This document shows, in pieces, positions 41,449 to 52,819 of a stretch of 64,000 nt of DNA. The notes beneath the pieces were generated by a model, which was not told where the DNA came from, ran no database searches, and saw nothing but the letters and a program-made list of their open reading frames with translations. The translations under genes and the position numbers were made by a program. Position 1 is the first letter of the stretch, and each line of letters starts with the position of its first letter. This DNA comes from Bugula neritina (Eukaryota > Animalia > Bryozoa): assembly GCA_964035545.1 (NCBI GenBank), contig OZ037772.1:1674001-1738000 (forward strand), written 5' to 3'.

Positions 41449-43068
41449 AGAGCACCTGTCCCAAACTCCATCTCCACAAAGTCGTCAGCCACAATAGGTA
41501 TTCTCCTGTCAGCAAAAAGATGTCTCACAAATTTCCCGTGTAAGTGTTTGTATCGGCCGTCTTCAGGGTGGACAGCCACGGCAGTGTCACCTGCAATAGT
41601 TACCAGACTTTATAGTCTCTCACAGTATTGAGTATTGATATACAATTATATATTTACTGAGTGTTTACCAGATACAACTTCACATGCGTCACTCTACTCA
41701 GAGTACACAACTCCCAGTAAGTTAGTATCAAGCTAATTAACCACTAACCCCCTATTCACACTTACCCTATCGTACGCCGTAACAGCAAATATCAGCCATT
41801 TTTACAAATGTCTGAGCTTCCTGTACGGTGTTGCGGTACGGTAGGGTCAAGCACTGCTTGATTCAAATAAGTTGCGGCGGACTCCTATTGGACAGAAAAA
41901 CTTTTGCGTAAAATTCATTGGATATAAATGGCCAATGTAGCGTCATAGATCGTACCTAATAGCGGACTTTGAAAACTTCAACCCGCACCTTAAACCAAAA
42001 TGCGTTATTAAAATTAAAGAACTTAGGCTATCTAAAGTTCTCCACTACTGCTCCTAAGTGAGAAATTAGAAAGTAGAGAAATCTACTGGAGTTATTTCAA
42101 TTGGCAGCAAGAGTCAGCCATTATTACGTTGCTCAGCAACAAAGCTATCAGTGACATTGATGTCTACTAACTCAACATAGTTTCTAATCTAGTTGTGGTT
42201 ACAATGATCTCTTCGTCAGAGCCTTCCACCTTATATGCAAAGGAAAGGAGAACTGCAAACTCCACCTTCTCCTTGTAGCCCGGCACAGAGAGCAACAGAA
42301 CTGACCCCTGCAGACACCTGACAACACAAGCATATCAGACACCTGTAGATATTCTGGAAAGGTGCTGAGAGAAATATCTGTGGTTGAAACAACATCAATA
42401 TAATAGATGAATGACTTATGCCAACCGGTACTTAACACAAATTTTAGCAGCATTCAAAAAAGAATTAACAGGGGGATGTTCATAGCCTGTCTGTGGAATA
42501 TGTCAAAGTGACTTGGCAAGATGCCGAAATGCCATGTAGTCACCACCAGAGGAATGGTGTCTACTGTTACATGCTATAAGCTACATACACAACCAGTTTA
42601 GTGACTAGGTAAGTACGGAGTTGTCTCATCTATATGAATGAACATCTCACCACCGAACTATCGCATCCTCAACCGCCCCCGTGAGGGCGTGTCCTAGGTG
42701 AAGAGTCCCGGTCACATTAGGGGGAGGGATCATGATGATAAACTTCTCTTCAGGTGTGAGTTTCAGCACATCTCTACCTGTTACAAAGCAACCAATCACA
42801 TCTCTCTCGGTTACAAAGTAAAAAGCAACCAATCACAGTACCTGTTACAACAGAGTAACGAATCACACCTCTACGTGTTAGAAGTAACCAATCACACATT
42901 ATAGACTTTACTATGATGTGAAGTGTACCTTTGAGATTATACTCAGGTTTAAAGAATCCTTCCTTCTCCCACCAAGAGTACCAGGCAGCTTCCACATAGG
43001 ACGGAGAGTAAGAATCAGGCATGGGACACTTCGCGTCTAGAATAACAGAAAACTATAAAGTATAGGGG

Positions 43069-43200
43069 AGCAGCTGTGGTCTAGGGGTTAGAGCGTTTGT
43101 CTAGTGAACACGAAGTCATTGTTTGACAAAGGCCATTGGTGACGTTAGGAAGAGCATCCAGTCATAATTGCTCCTCTGCCACATCTAAATAAGTCCTTGG
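43069..43200 (+). mobile_element. tRNA-derived SINE fragment
   Basis: A-box-like GTGGTCTAGGGGTTAGAGCG head plus the GGAAGAGCATCCAGTCATAATTG core shared with 2925-3035. Confidence 0.6.
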
Positions 43201-46200
43201 CCCTTTCTAACAAAATCCCTTTCCACCAGGAGTCTCTCACAAGGTTGGTGACTATACACTGATATATAAATATACTAAGTTGAGACTTGCCTTCTACCGG
43301 TCCATATAGTTCAAATGTGATAAACACATGTATAAATACAATAATCTATTCATAGCCCAAAGTCTAACCACCAACAAGGACGAATAAATAAGACGGTGGC
43401 CTGACACTACTACTACAACTTATATAACTTATACACAGCAGACGGTTAGGAGTATTTGAATCTGAGGCTATCCAATGTATGAGTAGGGCAGCCCTAAATG
43501 TAGGATGTTGGAATACCATGTCTTATTACTTCAGTCTAAAGCAGTGTTTATACTTTCACGATTTTCAGTCAGAAATTCAATTTTGATGAGTTGCATTTCA
43601 TTGTAAAAGCCAATCATCAAAATTTTTGCTTTGTGCATGCTTAATCAAATAATTTTAGAGTAACAATCAAAGGGAATGATAACTCCTTTAGATATGGGGT
43701 ATTCATGTTTATAATTACATCGGCTGTCTTTTTCAATTATCACTTTTATGCTGTCAACTTAATTTATTACGTTTTCAAAGGGCATCAAATAGTGATTAAG
43801 CGAGTTATATTTGAGTATTACAGAGTGAGCTTCCTTATTAATATGATTTCAACAATTTTAAGTAAGACTATAGAGGGGCGGGAAACACTGAACTACTTTT
43901 AGTAAAGATAGAAACGCAACTTCAGTTCAAACTGCTTACACACATAACTGTGTGTTCACTACCGAGCAGTGTACACTGATAAATCAGTGCTTCAACTGAA
44001 ACTTGTAAGTAAAGGAATGAAGAGCTCAATTGAGTATAAAATGTAGAGAATAATTGAACTGAACCTTTCTTATGGCTAACTGGTGTGTCCACGTTATACG
44101 TTACTACAGCCTTCTCCTTTTTCTCTTTCACTTTTTTCTAGAAAAAAAAAAATCAAGTTTGAAGAAAATAAAATGGAAATTGTTAGCTGCAGATACAGAC
44201 AACTTCCAGGTAAAAGTACAGCCAAACAGTCCCAATACGAATATGTAATTCAAGTAACACTTTCATGTAGAAGTACAACCATAAATATGGATAGAAAGTA
44301 ACACAAATATATACATTTAAGAGCTTAGTATATATAGAACCTGTAACTAACTAAACAGACACCTCAGTAGTCGTGGCAGACTCTGCCTTCTGTTTAGCCT
44401 GCTTAGCTTGAAACTTGGCTAGTTTAGCAGCTTTAGCAGCTTCTTTTTTCAACTCTTTCTCAGATTTTATCTTGACCTCGCCAGTTGGCGCATCACCAGA
44501 GTTAACTTCCGACATGTTCGATTATTGTGAAACTTCCCTTAAAACACAGTCAGCCGTCATGGAACTAATAGATATCTCAATACTAAACATACAAACTACT
44601 GACCCAGTATAGTTATGTACAGATATCTTAATACTAATAATATAAACTAATGGCTCAGTATTGCCTTAGTTATGCGTGGGAGTTCAGTGATAAAACTCCT
44701 ATAAACTACACAGTTCAATAATGAAAGACTGTGACTTTTCACAAACAGACATCTCATCTCTGATTCTGAAGAGGAAGCTACAGCTGTTAACAACATATTG
44801 TCTATACCTCACATCGAGTCAAAATAAAGAAATCGAGGAGGTAACTCCCAAATAGGAAGATATGTAAAATCAAGATCGATATGTAAATGTAGGAGTTGTA
44901 CTACTATGTGCCATTAAAAGAAAACTTGCCTTCTCATGATAAAAAGTCAAGAAAAATAAGAACCGCTGCTTGAACAAGTCAGTTGTTGGAGTGGTTTTGA
45001 GACTGATAGATATAATTGTTGTTTTTGGCGCTATCGCCATCTTTCGGATTTCTAAGATTATTGTATTTTGCAATTAGCCCTTAGCCGTTATAATATTATA
45101 CTTACTAAAGGAAAGTTCTACATTTTTAATTACTGTTAGTTTTATCGTTCTGTCTTTTTGTCTGAATCAACTGCGCAGTTATTTTTTGGTGTTACAATAA
45201 TATTATATTAATATACTAATACTTATAGTGAATATTATTCAATTTGTTCATATTCTATTGTATATTATTATTAAAGGCCGTAAGCATCCAGGTTATTTAT
45301 TACATTTGAGCAAAAGTTTGCATGCTTTTCAACTGTTTTATCAGCAGTTTATCTAATTTCTTATACGAAAACACTACAAAAATGCAAGTAAAAGTGGTCA
45401 TATTAGGTGTCTTAGACTTGCCCAGACTTGCCCGTGAGCTTGCCCTCCGTGTCCTATTCTGACGTGGGGATGGCAAAATAGCCCTATTGTAGCGTGAGTT
45501 TATACCGCGTAAAGTTATTAGGAAGCGGGTTTGTCACAGATTCTCGTTATTCGTAGCTCAAATCACATGAATGTTACTCTTCGGGCGGCTACTAATAATT
45601 AACGTTAGCTACGCAACACCAAGAAAGGTAACTAATTTGACTGTTTTCAAATGGACTATTCCATTTCGCTAGTTTGTAACTTGCTGTAAATCACGAAATA
45701 ATTATTTTCCCTATTTTAATTTCAATTATCATGTCGACCACACTACCAGGAAATTACTCTTAAATATGCAGTAAATGATGATTTTTAACCGTTTTGTGAT
45801 GAAGTATAGGTTAGTAAATGTCTACGTAAAACCAAGTTTTAAAATTTGTAATTGAATCACTATCAGTGAATCACAGTGTGAGTATCACTATGACTATCAC
45901 TATCAGTATGAGTATCACTAGTCTATGTCTATGACTCTCACTCTAACTCTAAGTCTATGACTATCGCCTATTAGTATTGGTGAACTATTATTAATAATAT
46001 TCAATGGTTATATTTATTAATACCATTATTAATATTAGTCATAATGATAATCATATGATAGTATCAGTATGTTAATGTTACGGAGCAGGATCAGTTTCGA
46101 AACTAATACAGTAATACTAATAGTAATACTTGTAATATTAGTTATAACTATAAGTATAAGTTATACCGATAGCTATATTAACATAAATATTTATATTCAT

Positions 46201-47103
46201 AGTAATACTAATAGCAAATCTAATATTATTATGTTAATAGTTATACTTGTAAGTTATAATTATAATATAAAGCAAACGACACAAGTATTAATTTGAACTG
46301 TTGGTCTTAAAATAAAAAGTAAAATAAATATAAATAATAAAATATAAATTATAATAATTTAATTATACTAATACTAATAGCAATACTTATACAGTAATAT
46401 AATTATAATAAATGTATAAAACTTAGACAACTTTAGATTTAAGGAACAACTTTAAATACTAACATAAAGATAATATTGTAGTAAATTTGTGTAACTACTA
46501 CGCGTGGGTTCCTAGCTTGTAATTATGTCTATTTATCTACACCAATAAAGTATTTAGGTAAAAGTTTCCAAGTTTATTTACTACTAATTATACAAAAGAT
46601 ACAGCTTATACACAGATTAGAGATTACATCCTCGCTTAGTTAGCACGCTCTCTCTACTGCAAAACTACTACTAACTAAGGCCTATCACGGGACGCACTTG
46701 GATAGGCTGAAGGAATGCGGGGGACGCGCGTATTACGTCCTCACTACACCGCCCCCTCCAGCAGAAAGCCCTACTTTCTGATAACACAGATTAGATAATT
46801 CGAACATAAAATGTTATAAACTATATATATAAAAAAACTGAGAGAGCGTGTGGCACATAAAGAAAAACATGGCTATGTACAGTAGTAAGAAACATATACA
46901 TATATAAAAAATATAACAGTAAATATACAATGGCACCGGCGGGAGGCACTATAAGGGAATAGTTTGTAGAGGTAGAGCTGTATACTGGTAGGTTACTATA
47001 TTGTTACACTGAGTAATTGTCTGTGAGCACTGGCGTGAGAAGGGTCTGTAATGGGGCACCACCTGCTGTACCATCACGGATAGGGAAAGGAGGGACATCA
47101 TTT

Positions 47104-48248
47104 TCAAGCACTTCCTTTCATTCGGGCTACAGAGGCAGAGAGGGCCCGGAGTTCTGATGCAGCGGCGGAGATTCTCGGTGTCAGTCTTTGCACCTCTTTC
47201 TCTAATTCTCGTATCCGCTCTTCTGCCTCGCCTAGATTTCTGGCGGGGGCAGAGTGTCGATTGGGGGATGAAGATGGCCAACGCCGTTTATGAGACGGCC
47301 TTGGGGAGACAGGGGGGGAGGGACGCCATCGCTGTGGTATATCGATGCGTCGTAACACGACTCTTGGTATGGAGTCGGGGCGAGGCACTGTGCGTGCGGG
47401 GGGTGAGGAATGGGATATGCGTGGTTTCCTATATCCGGGTGGTTTAGGGCAGGGTCCCTGTGTGATGGTCCTGGGTGCGGGGAACTCCTGGCGCAGCCGT
47501 TCATATCGAACTGGGTCTGATATGAACGGTCGGATGAGATTAAGGAATTGTGGAAAGGAGGGTTCGTCGACTTCGAATAGGTGTCCAACATGGCATCCCA
47601 TGGTTCGTTGGTGACGGAGGATGTAGTCCCTGTGGTAACTATATTCACCACAGGGACAAAAGGTGGTGAAATAATGTTGGGGAATATGAACTCGGAGTCT
47701 TCGTGGGGTAGTGAAGTGAAGCTGGCATAAACGGCAGGTGGTGCATTGGTCGTCTCCTTTGTGCTCTCGTATCAGTGTTTCCGTATCTGTTGTAACCCAG
47801 CATGATTGTTGTAGGAGTGCCTCCGGAAGAGTAGTGGGAACGGGTTCCTCGTTCCAAGCCATTTCTAGTGACGGCATGTCACCAGATAGAGGAGAGAGAG
47901 CGGTATCTAAAAAAGCAGAATTACTGTTAGATCGGATATGATCTTTACACCATAATTCTGATGACAACCGACTGTTACTAGTCTGGGAGTCATACATCTT
48001 TTCAGATAGCACTCGAGGGACTGAGTCGTGTCGTGTAGACTGACAGAGAGACATAGTGTCAAGCTCCAGATCTAGTAGATCGTCGGCCATCTTTATGTTC
48101 TCGTCACCTTTCACGTAGGACTCAGTCCCCAGTAGTTGTGATTCAATCAAGGCGATTAAATCAGAACTGACTGATGGTAGACTGGTTTCCATGAGTGGAA
48201 ATGTTAGCTCAGAGCAAGCTTACCTGAGAACCCGGTATTTGTAATCAT
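47104..48248 (-). CDS. Element B accessory gene, predicted spliced join(48248..48224, 47906..47104), 275 aa: two zinc fingers plus C-terminal coiled coil
   Basis: ATG ATT ACA AAT ACC GGG TTC TCA G|GTAAGC donor; CTAAC branch point and TTCTGCTTTTTTAG|AT acceptor in phase; C-x2-C-x12-H-x3-H and C-x-C-x12-H-x5-C; homolog in element C. The unspliced 362-aa ORF from ATG 48192 is an alternative reading. Confidence 0.78.
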
Positions 48249-48619
48249 ACTCAGCGTTCAAGCTTGGATGTCCGTGGATTGAGTTTGAATGCGTCTTCCC
48301 TTGACAACGTCAGCGTACGAAAAGACTGGGCAGCGTGGTTGTTGCGCACGGCTGGAACTATTTGCCTCGGGCGTAGTAGTTTTGTTTACTACTCCGCCTT
48401 CGCAAAAGTTGAGATTTCCGTGGTGTTCACAACTCCCACGCTTTGTTGCCAGTCTTTCCGTACGGCGCCCAGCTAGACTTTCATAACTGCCGTTTGTAAC
48501 ACGGTCACATATGAAATCTTTAAGGTATGCTGGGGGTTGTCTAGTACGTTGTCCCCGTTCCAGGGGAGGTGACGCATCAGCTGGAGAGGGAGTTGTAGCT
48601 GTTGGTTGGGGCGGCGTAC

Positions 48620-51600
48620 TCACTGGTGGGCTATTTTGCTCCACCTGTGGTGTTTCTGGCCCGCCGTTGGTGGTGGTGTTCCCCTCTCTGCTGTTGTCTC
48701 CAGATGGAGCCCCTCCCACGGGGAGTTTTGCACTTCCGGACGCGGATGCGGAACTGGAAGTGGTGGGGGTAGACTTGGTACTGGGGGCGGTGGGCGCACT
48801 TCCGTTGGTGGGAGTGGCGTCTCCTGCCTCACCAAGTCCTCTCCCCGCGGCACAACCACTTCGTATTCTGGTCCATGCCGTTGCCGCCCACGCGTTACTG
48901 TCTGCCTCCTGGGCTCCAACAACGGGGGGGCTGCTCCTGCTGCTCCTGGGCTAGCCCAATACGGTTTCAAGCGGGCTTCGTTCTGGACAGAGACCTGTCC
49001 AGATCGCTCCAACTTGTACGTATGATTGGGCATAGCCTCAACTACTACGTAGGGTCCCACAAACTTAGGCTGGAGCTTAGCCGCTTGTCCTCGACGCCTA
49101 CGGTAGTTGATCATCCACACCCAGTCCCCAGTTTGATAGAGGGGTGGTTCCTGAGAGTCCTCTCGCCGTACCTGCCACTGCTTCGCCCGCAGTATTTCGT
49201 GTGCGGCCCTCAGGTCCTCTATCAATTTACTGGCATACTCGTGGATGGTATAGTCCTGCTCTGGGATGTGGTATGTGAGGTGGTCAGGCACTCGCGTCTC
49301 TCGACCGAGCATCAGGAGGTTAGGGGTTTCCCCCGTACTGGTGTGTGGTGTACTACGGTAGGCCCGCATGACTTGCGGTAGTACCGTATCCCACTCCTCC
49401 TGACCCCGGCCGAGGAGCAGGCTGCGCAGTGCATCGCCCAACATGCGATTGTTGCGTTCCACCACCCCGTTGCCCTGAGGATGGTACGGGGTGGTCCTGC
49501 TTTGGTTTACTCCCCAGAGGCGGCAGAGGTCGCTCAACAGTTGGGACTGGAATTGAGCCCCCTGGTCCGAATGTATTTGCTCAGGTAGTCCAAGATAGCA
49601 GAATACATTTTGGTCCAGCACCCTGGCCACCGTGGGGGCGGACGCATCTGGAATAGCCAGGGCATCCGCCCACCGTGTAAAGTGGTCGGTTAATACTAGG
49701 ATCCAACTGTTTCCCCTGGGGGTGACGGGCATGGGTCCGACTAGGTCGATAGCTACCACCTGCCATGGCCTTCCAGCATATAGCCGACGCCGTCCCGCTT
49801 CACCAGGGAGACGGCCATGCTTGCTGGCCTGGCAGATTTCGCATTGTTTGACTCTACGCCGCACCTCACGCTCCATGCCGGGCCAGTACCACCGGAGTTG
49901 TAACTTGGAGAGAACCCTGCTCACCCCGGCGTGGGCTTGCTTGTGGGTGTCCCATACTAACTCCCGGCGTATGGCGGCTGGGCAGATCACCCTTTTCCTG
50001 CCGTATTGGTTGTTGTGAGCAGCCACTGTGATGGTCAGCAGACCATCTGGCCCGATCCGCAGGGAATCCCAACGTTGGCAGTACAACCGTAACTCGGTGC
50101 ATCCCTGCCGCAGTTGTTCTTCACTGGGTCGTCGCCCCTCCTTTTTGGCACGATATACGTCGGCTACCACTCCAGGGAGGTCCTCCTGGAGTCTTCGTAG
50201 CTCTCTAACGTTATCAGCCAAGACAGGATTGGCACGGAGGCGTTGGATAGCCTCCGGGGGCGTAGAGGCCTTCTGTAGGAGTTGACCCTGGTCCCAGTCA
50301 TACTCCGTTTCAGAGTGGTTCAGTGCTCTCAACTCGGATTTTGGAGGACCTCCGTCCCTCTTCTCGATGTTGAAGCACTGTTTACACCCCTCGTCCGGTC
50401 GCCGGCTCAGTCCATCAGCATTGCCGTGTTTCTTACCGGGTCGGTGTTCGATCCGGTAAGAGAACTCGGCCAGGACCTCGAGCCATCGGGCGACTTGGCT
50501 GGACGGTTCTGCTCTCTTACATAACCAAATCAAGGAGGCGTGGTCGGTCCACAAGCGGAACTTCCTGCCGTATAGATAAGGTCTGAAATGCTTCACCGAC
50601 TTGATTACTGCCAGCAATTCCTTTCGGGTAGTGCAGTAATTTCGTTCAGTGGGCGAGAGAGACTTACTGTAGTAGGCCACGACTACTTCGCGGCCCTCCT
50701 GCACCTGGGACAGCACAGCGCCGACATTTTGGTCACTGGCGTCAGTATCGAGGATGTACTCCAGGGCAGGGTCTGGATAGGCCAGGATAGGGGCCTCCAG
50801 CAGGCGGCCTTTGAGGCAGTCGAACGCTCTCTGTTCGACGGGAGTCCACTGCCAGGTCACCCCCTTTGCGGTGAGCCGGTTTAACGGCTGCGCTACCCAC
50901 GCAAAGTCTGGTATGTATTGCCTGTAATACCCTACCAGCCCCAGGAAAGCCCGTAGCCCGGTCAAATCCTGGGGGGTTACCCAATCTTCTATAGCTCGTA
51001 CCTTTTCGAGATCCGTCGCCACGCCGTGGCGGCCGACGATGTGCCCCAGGTACTTCACCTCTGGCTGCAAGAGAGCGCACTTGGAGGGTTTGAGCTTCAG
51101 ATTGGCGCCTCGGAGTCGATCGAAGACCTCCCGCAGACGGCTGACGTGCGTCTGAAAGTCTGGGGAGATCACGATGACGTCGTCGAGGTATACTAGCAGT
51201 GTCTTCCAGTGGAGTCCACTGAGGACCTGTTCCATGAGCCGCTGGAACGTGGCGGGGGCGGAAGTCAGTCCGAAGGGGAGGACTTTCCACTTCCATAAGC
51301 CATCCCGCGTGATGAACGCCGCCTTCTCCTGGGCGTCTGGGCTGAGGGGGACCTGCCAATAGCCGCTCAACAAGTCTAGCGTACTGAAGTACTTGCTGCC
51401 GGCTAAGGCGTCCAGAGATTCGTCGATCCTGGGTAAGGGGTAGGCGTCCTGTATGGTCACGCTATTGACCTTGCGATAATCCACACAGAACCGCCAACTG
51501 CCGTCTTTCTTTCGGACCAGAACAACCGGTGAACTCCACGCACTATGTGCTGGCTCGATGAGGCCGCGGTCCAAAAGATCCCGGACTTGTTGGCTTACCT

Positions 51601-52819
51601 CCTTTTCCTTCTCGGGTCCCAGCCTCCTGGTGGGCTGCCGAATAGGGGTAGTCCCTGCAGCCAGCGGTATCTCATGACGGACGGCCGTGGTCAGGCCGAC
51701 GTCATGGTCCCCACTGCTGAACACGTCGCTATAATCACGCAGCAACTGAGCCATAGTCTGGCGTTCCACATTGCCCGTGCAGCCGTTACACGCTGCCTGG
51801 TATAGCTCTTTGACGTGTGATGGGACGGTCCCCCGCCTAACTGACGGGCTCTGTTGGGGACCTTCCGTTGCAGCTCCCAGCGACGGCCCTATATCCTCCT
51901 CCTGGATGGAGTGGAAGCGACCCAGCATGGATCCTGGCGGTAATTGTACCGCTTCGGAGAAGGGGTTGACACACTGCACCAAGATCTCTCCTCGGTCAGT
52001 CAGCCGGTTAAGACTGCTGGCGAGTTGGATTCTAGAGTGCGCACCTTCGACAACTCCTAGCCCCGAGAGTTGGCTATTGTTCACCCTGCAGTGAACGGTA
52101 GTCCGGGAGCGGCCGGGTATAGTACAGTTGCGTACTACCTGCACACCTCCCGCTAGAGGACGACCGAACTTGTCGACACAGGTGAGCTCTTTGCCGCCCA
52201 TTAGCATGGCTGACTTGCTAAAGTCAATATGGCACCCGTGTCTCTTCAAGAACGGCATCCCTAGTATGGCATCTTCCTCCAGTGGGCTGATGACGAAGGT
52301 TTCCTGAATGGCTTGGTCGCGGACGCGCCCAGCCAATTCTATGATACCGTAGAAAGGAATCCGTGACCCGTCAGCTAGGGTGCCCGGTCCCCCGGTATAG
52401 GGAGCTAAGGCTCCCCTCTCCTTGAGAGGGAGGGTGTCGAAGACCCGACGGCTGAGGAGATTAGTGGTACACCCGGAGTCTAACAGGAAGGTGACAGCTT
52501 TACCGGCCACCTTCCCTGGCAAGAAGTAGCTGCCTCCGTGAGGTTGTACCCGTACTCCCCCAGCGTGCTCGGTCTCGGCCGAACGGGGCTGTGCTCGTTT
52601 GTTCCGCGGTTTGCGGGGCCGGTGAGAGTTTCCTTGCGGGGAAGTGTTCTGATCCTCCCCGATGCCCGGAGGGGCCTCGCTGGTCTGTTCCATTACTGGT
52701 AACGGACTGAAGCGGTTGGTGAGAGGCAGAGAGAAGGGGTCTCGTGGTCGACCTGGTTGGCTGGTACGGCGAGGTGTTTGCCATTGACGGGGGTTGTGTC
52801 GCTGGGCCCGTACGGGCTC
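48620..52819 (-). CDS. Element B Pol (protease, RT, RNase H, integrase)
   Basis: FLLDSGC, WRFCVDYR, LPFGL, YLDD, DTDAS, HHCC (HKQAH...CEIC), DDE core (IDLVG, HSDQG, VERNNR); frame is open from the gag TAG (first ATG at 52693); the C-terminal tail continues in another frame to 48258. Confidence 0.95.
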   Translation of the reverse strand, partial: EPVRAQRHNPRQWQTPRRTSQPGRPRDPFSLPLTNRFSPLPVMEQTSEAPPGIGEDQNTSPQGNSHRPRKPRNKRAQPRSAETEHAGGVRVQPHGGSYFLPGKVAGKAVTFLLDSGCTTNLLSRRVFDTLPLKERGALAPYTGGPGTLADGSRIPFYGIIELAGRVRDQAIQETFVISPLEEDAILGMPFLKRHGCHIDFSKSAMLMGGKELTCVDKFGRPLAGGVQVVRNCTIPGRSRTTVHCRVNNSQLSGLGVVEGAHSRIQLASSLNRLTDRGEILVQCVNPFSEAVQLPPGSMLGRFHSIQEEDIGPSLGAATEGPQQSPSVRRGTVPSHVKELYQAACNGCTGNVERQTMAQLLRDYSDVFSSGDHDVGLTTAVRHEIPLAAGTTPIRQPTRRLGPEKEKEVSQQVRDLLDRGLIEPAHSAWSSPVVLVRKKDGSWRFCVDYRKVNSVTIQDAYPLPRIDESLDALAGSKYFSTLDLLSGYWQVPLSPDAQEKAAFITRDGLWKWKVLPFGLTSAPATFQRLMEQVLSGLHWKTLLVYLDDVIVISPDFQTHVSRLREVFDRLRGANLKLKPSKCALLQPEVKYLGHIVGRHGVATDLEKVRAIEDWVTPQDLTGLRAFLGLVGYYRQYIPDFAWVAQPLNRLTAKGVTWQWTPVEQRAFDCLKGRLLEAPILAYPDPALEYILDTDASDQNVGAVLSQVQEGREVVVAYYSKSLSPTERNYCTTRKELLAVIKSVKHFRPYLYGRKFRLWTDHASLIWLCKRAEPSSQVARWLEVLAEFSYRIEHRPGKKHGNADGLSRRPDEGCKQCFNIEKRDGGPPKSELRALNHSETEYDWDQGQLLQKASTPPEAIQRLRANPVLADNVRELRRLQEDLPGVVADVYRAKKEGRRPSEEQLRQGCTELRLYCQRWDSLRIGPDGLLTITVAAHNNQYGRKRVICPAAIRRELVWDTHKQAHAGVSRVLSKLQLRWYWPGMEREVRRRVKQCEICQASKHGRLPGEAGRRRLYAGRPWQVVAIDLVGPMPVTPRGNSWILVLTDHFTRWADALAIPDASAPTVARVLDQNVFCYLGLPEQIHSDQGAQFQSQLLSDLCRLWGVNQSRTTPYHPQGNGVVERNNRMLGDALRSLLLGRGQEEWDTVLPQVMRAYRSTPHTSTGETPNLLMLGRETRVPDHLTYHIPEQDYTIHEYASKLIEDLRAAHEILRAKQWQVRREDSQEPPLYQTGDWVWMINYRRRRGQAAKLQPKFVGPYVVVEAMPNHTYKLERSGQVSVQNEARLKPYWASPGAAGAAPPLLEPRRQTVTRGRQRHGPEYEVVVPRGEDLVRQETPLPPTEVRPPPPVPSLPPPLPVPHPRPEVQNSPWEGLHLETTAERGTPPPTAGQKHHRWSKIAHQ

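Larger units (their letters stand above)
38517..44515 (-). pseudogene. VARS: Valyl-tRNA synthetase pseudogene (partial, missing internal and 3' exons)
   Basis: Exons 44515-44363, 44137-44065, 43036-42929 ([24 protein letters not shown]), 42777-42651 ([19 protein letters not shown] motif), ~42310-42172, 41590-41457, ~40352-40273 (WWGHRIP), ~39346-39241, 38713-38517 (DVLDTWFSS...[10 protein letters not shown]); in-frame TAG at 38664-38666; no KMSKS or anticodon-binding exons seen. Confidence 0.9.

Noticed and set aside
47104-48192. Third ORF of element B as env
   Set aside because: No signal peptide or transmembrane segment visible; it has zinc fingers and a coiled coil instead
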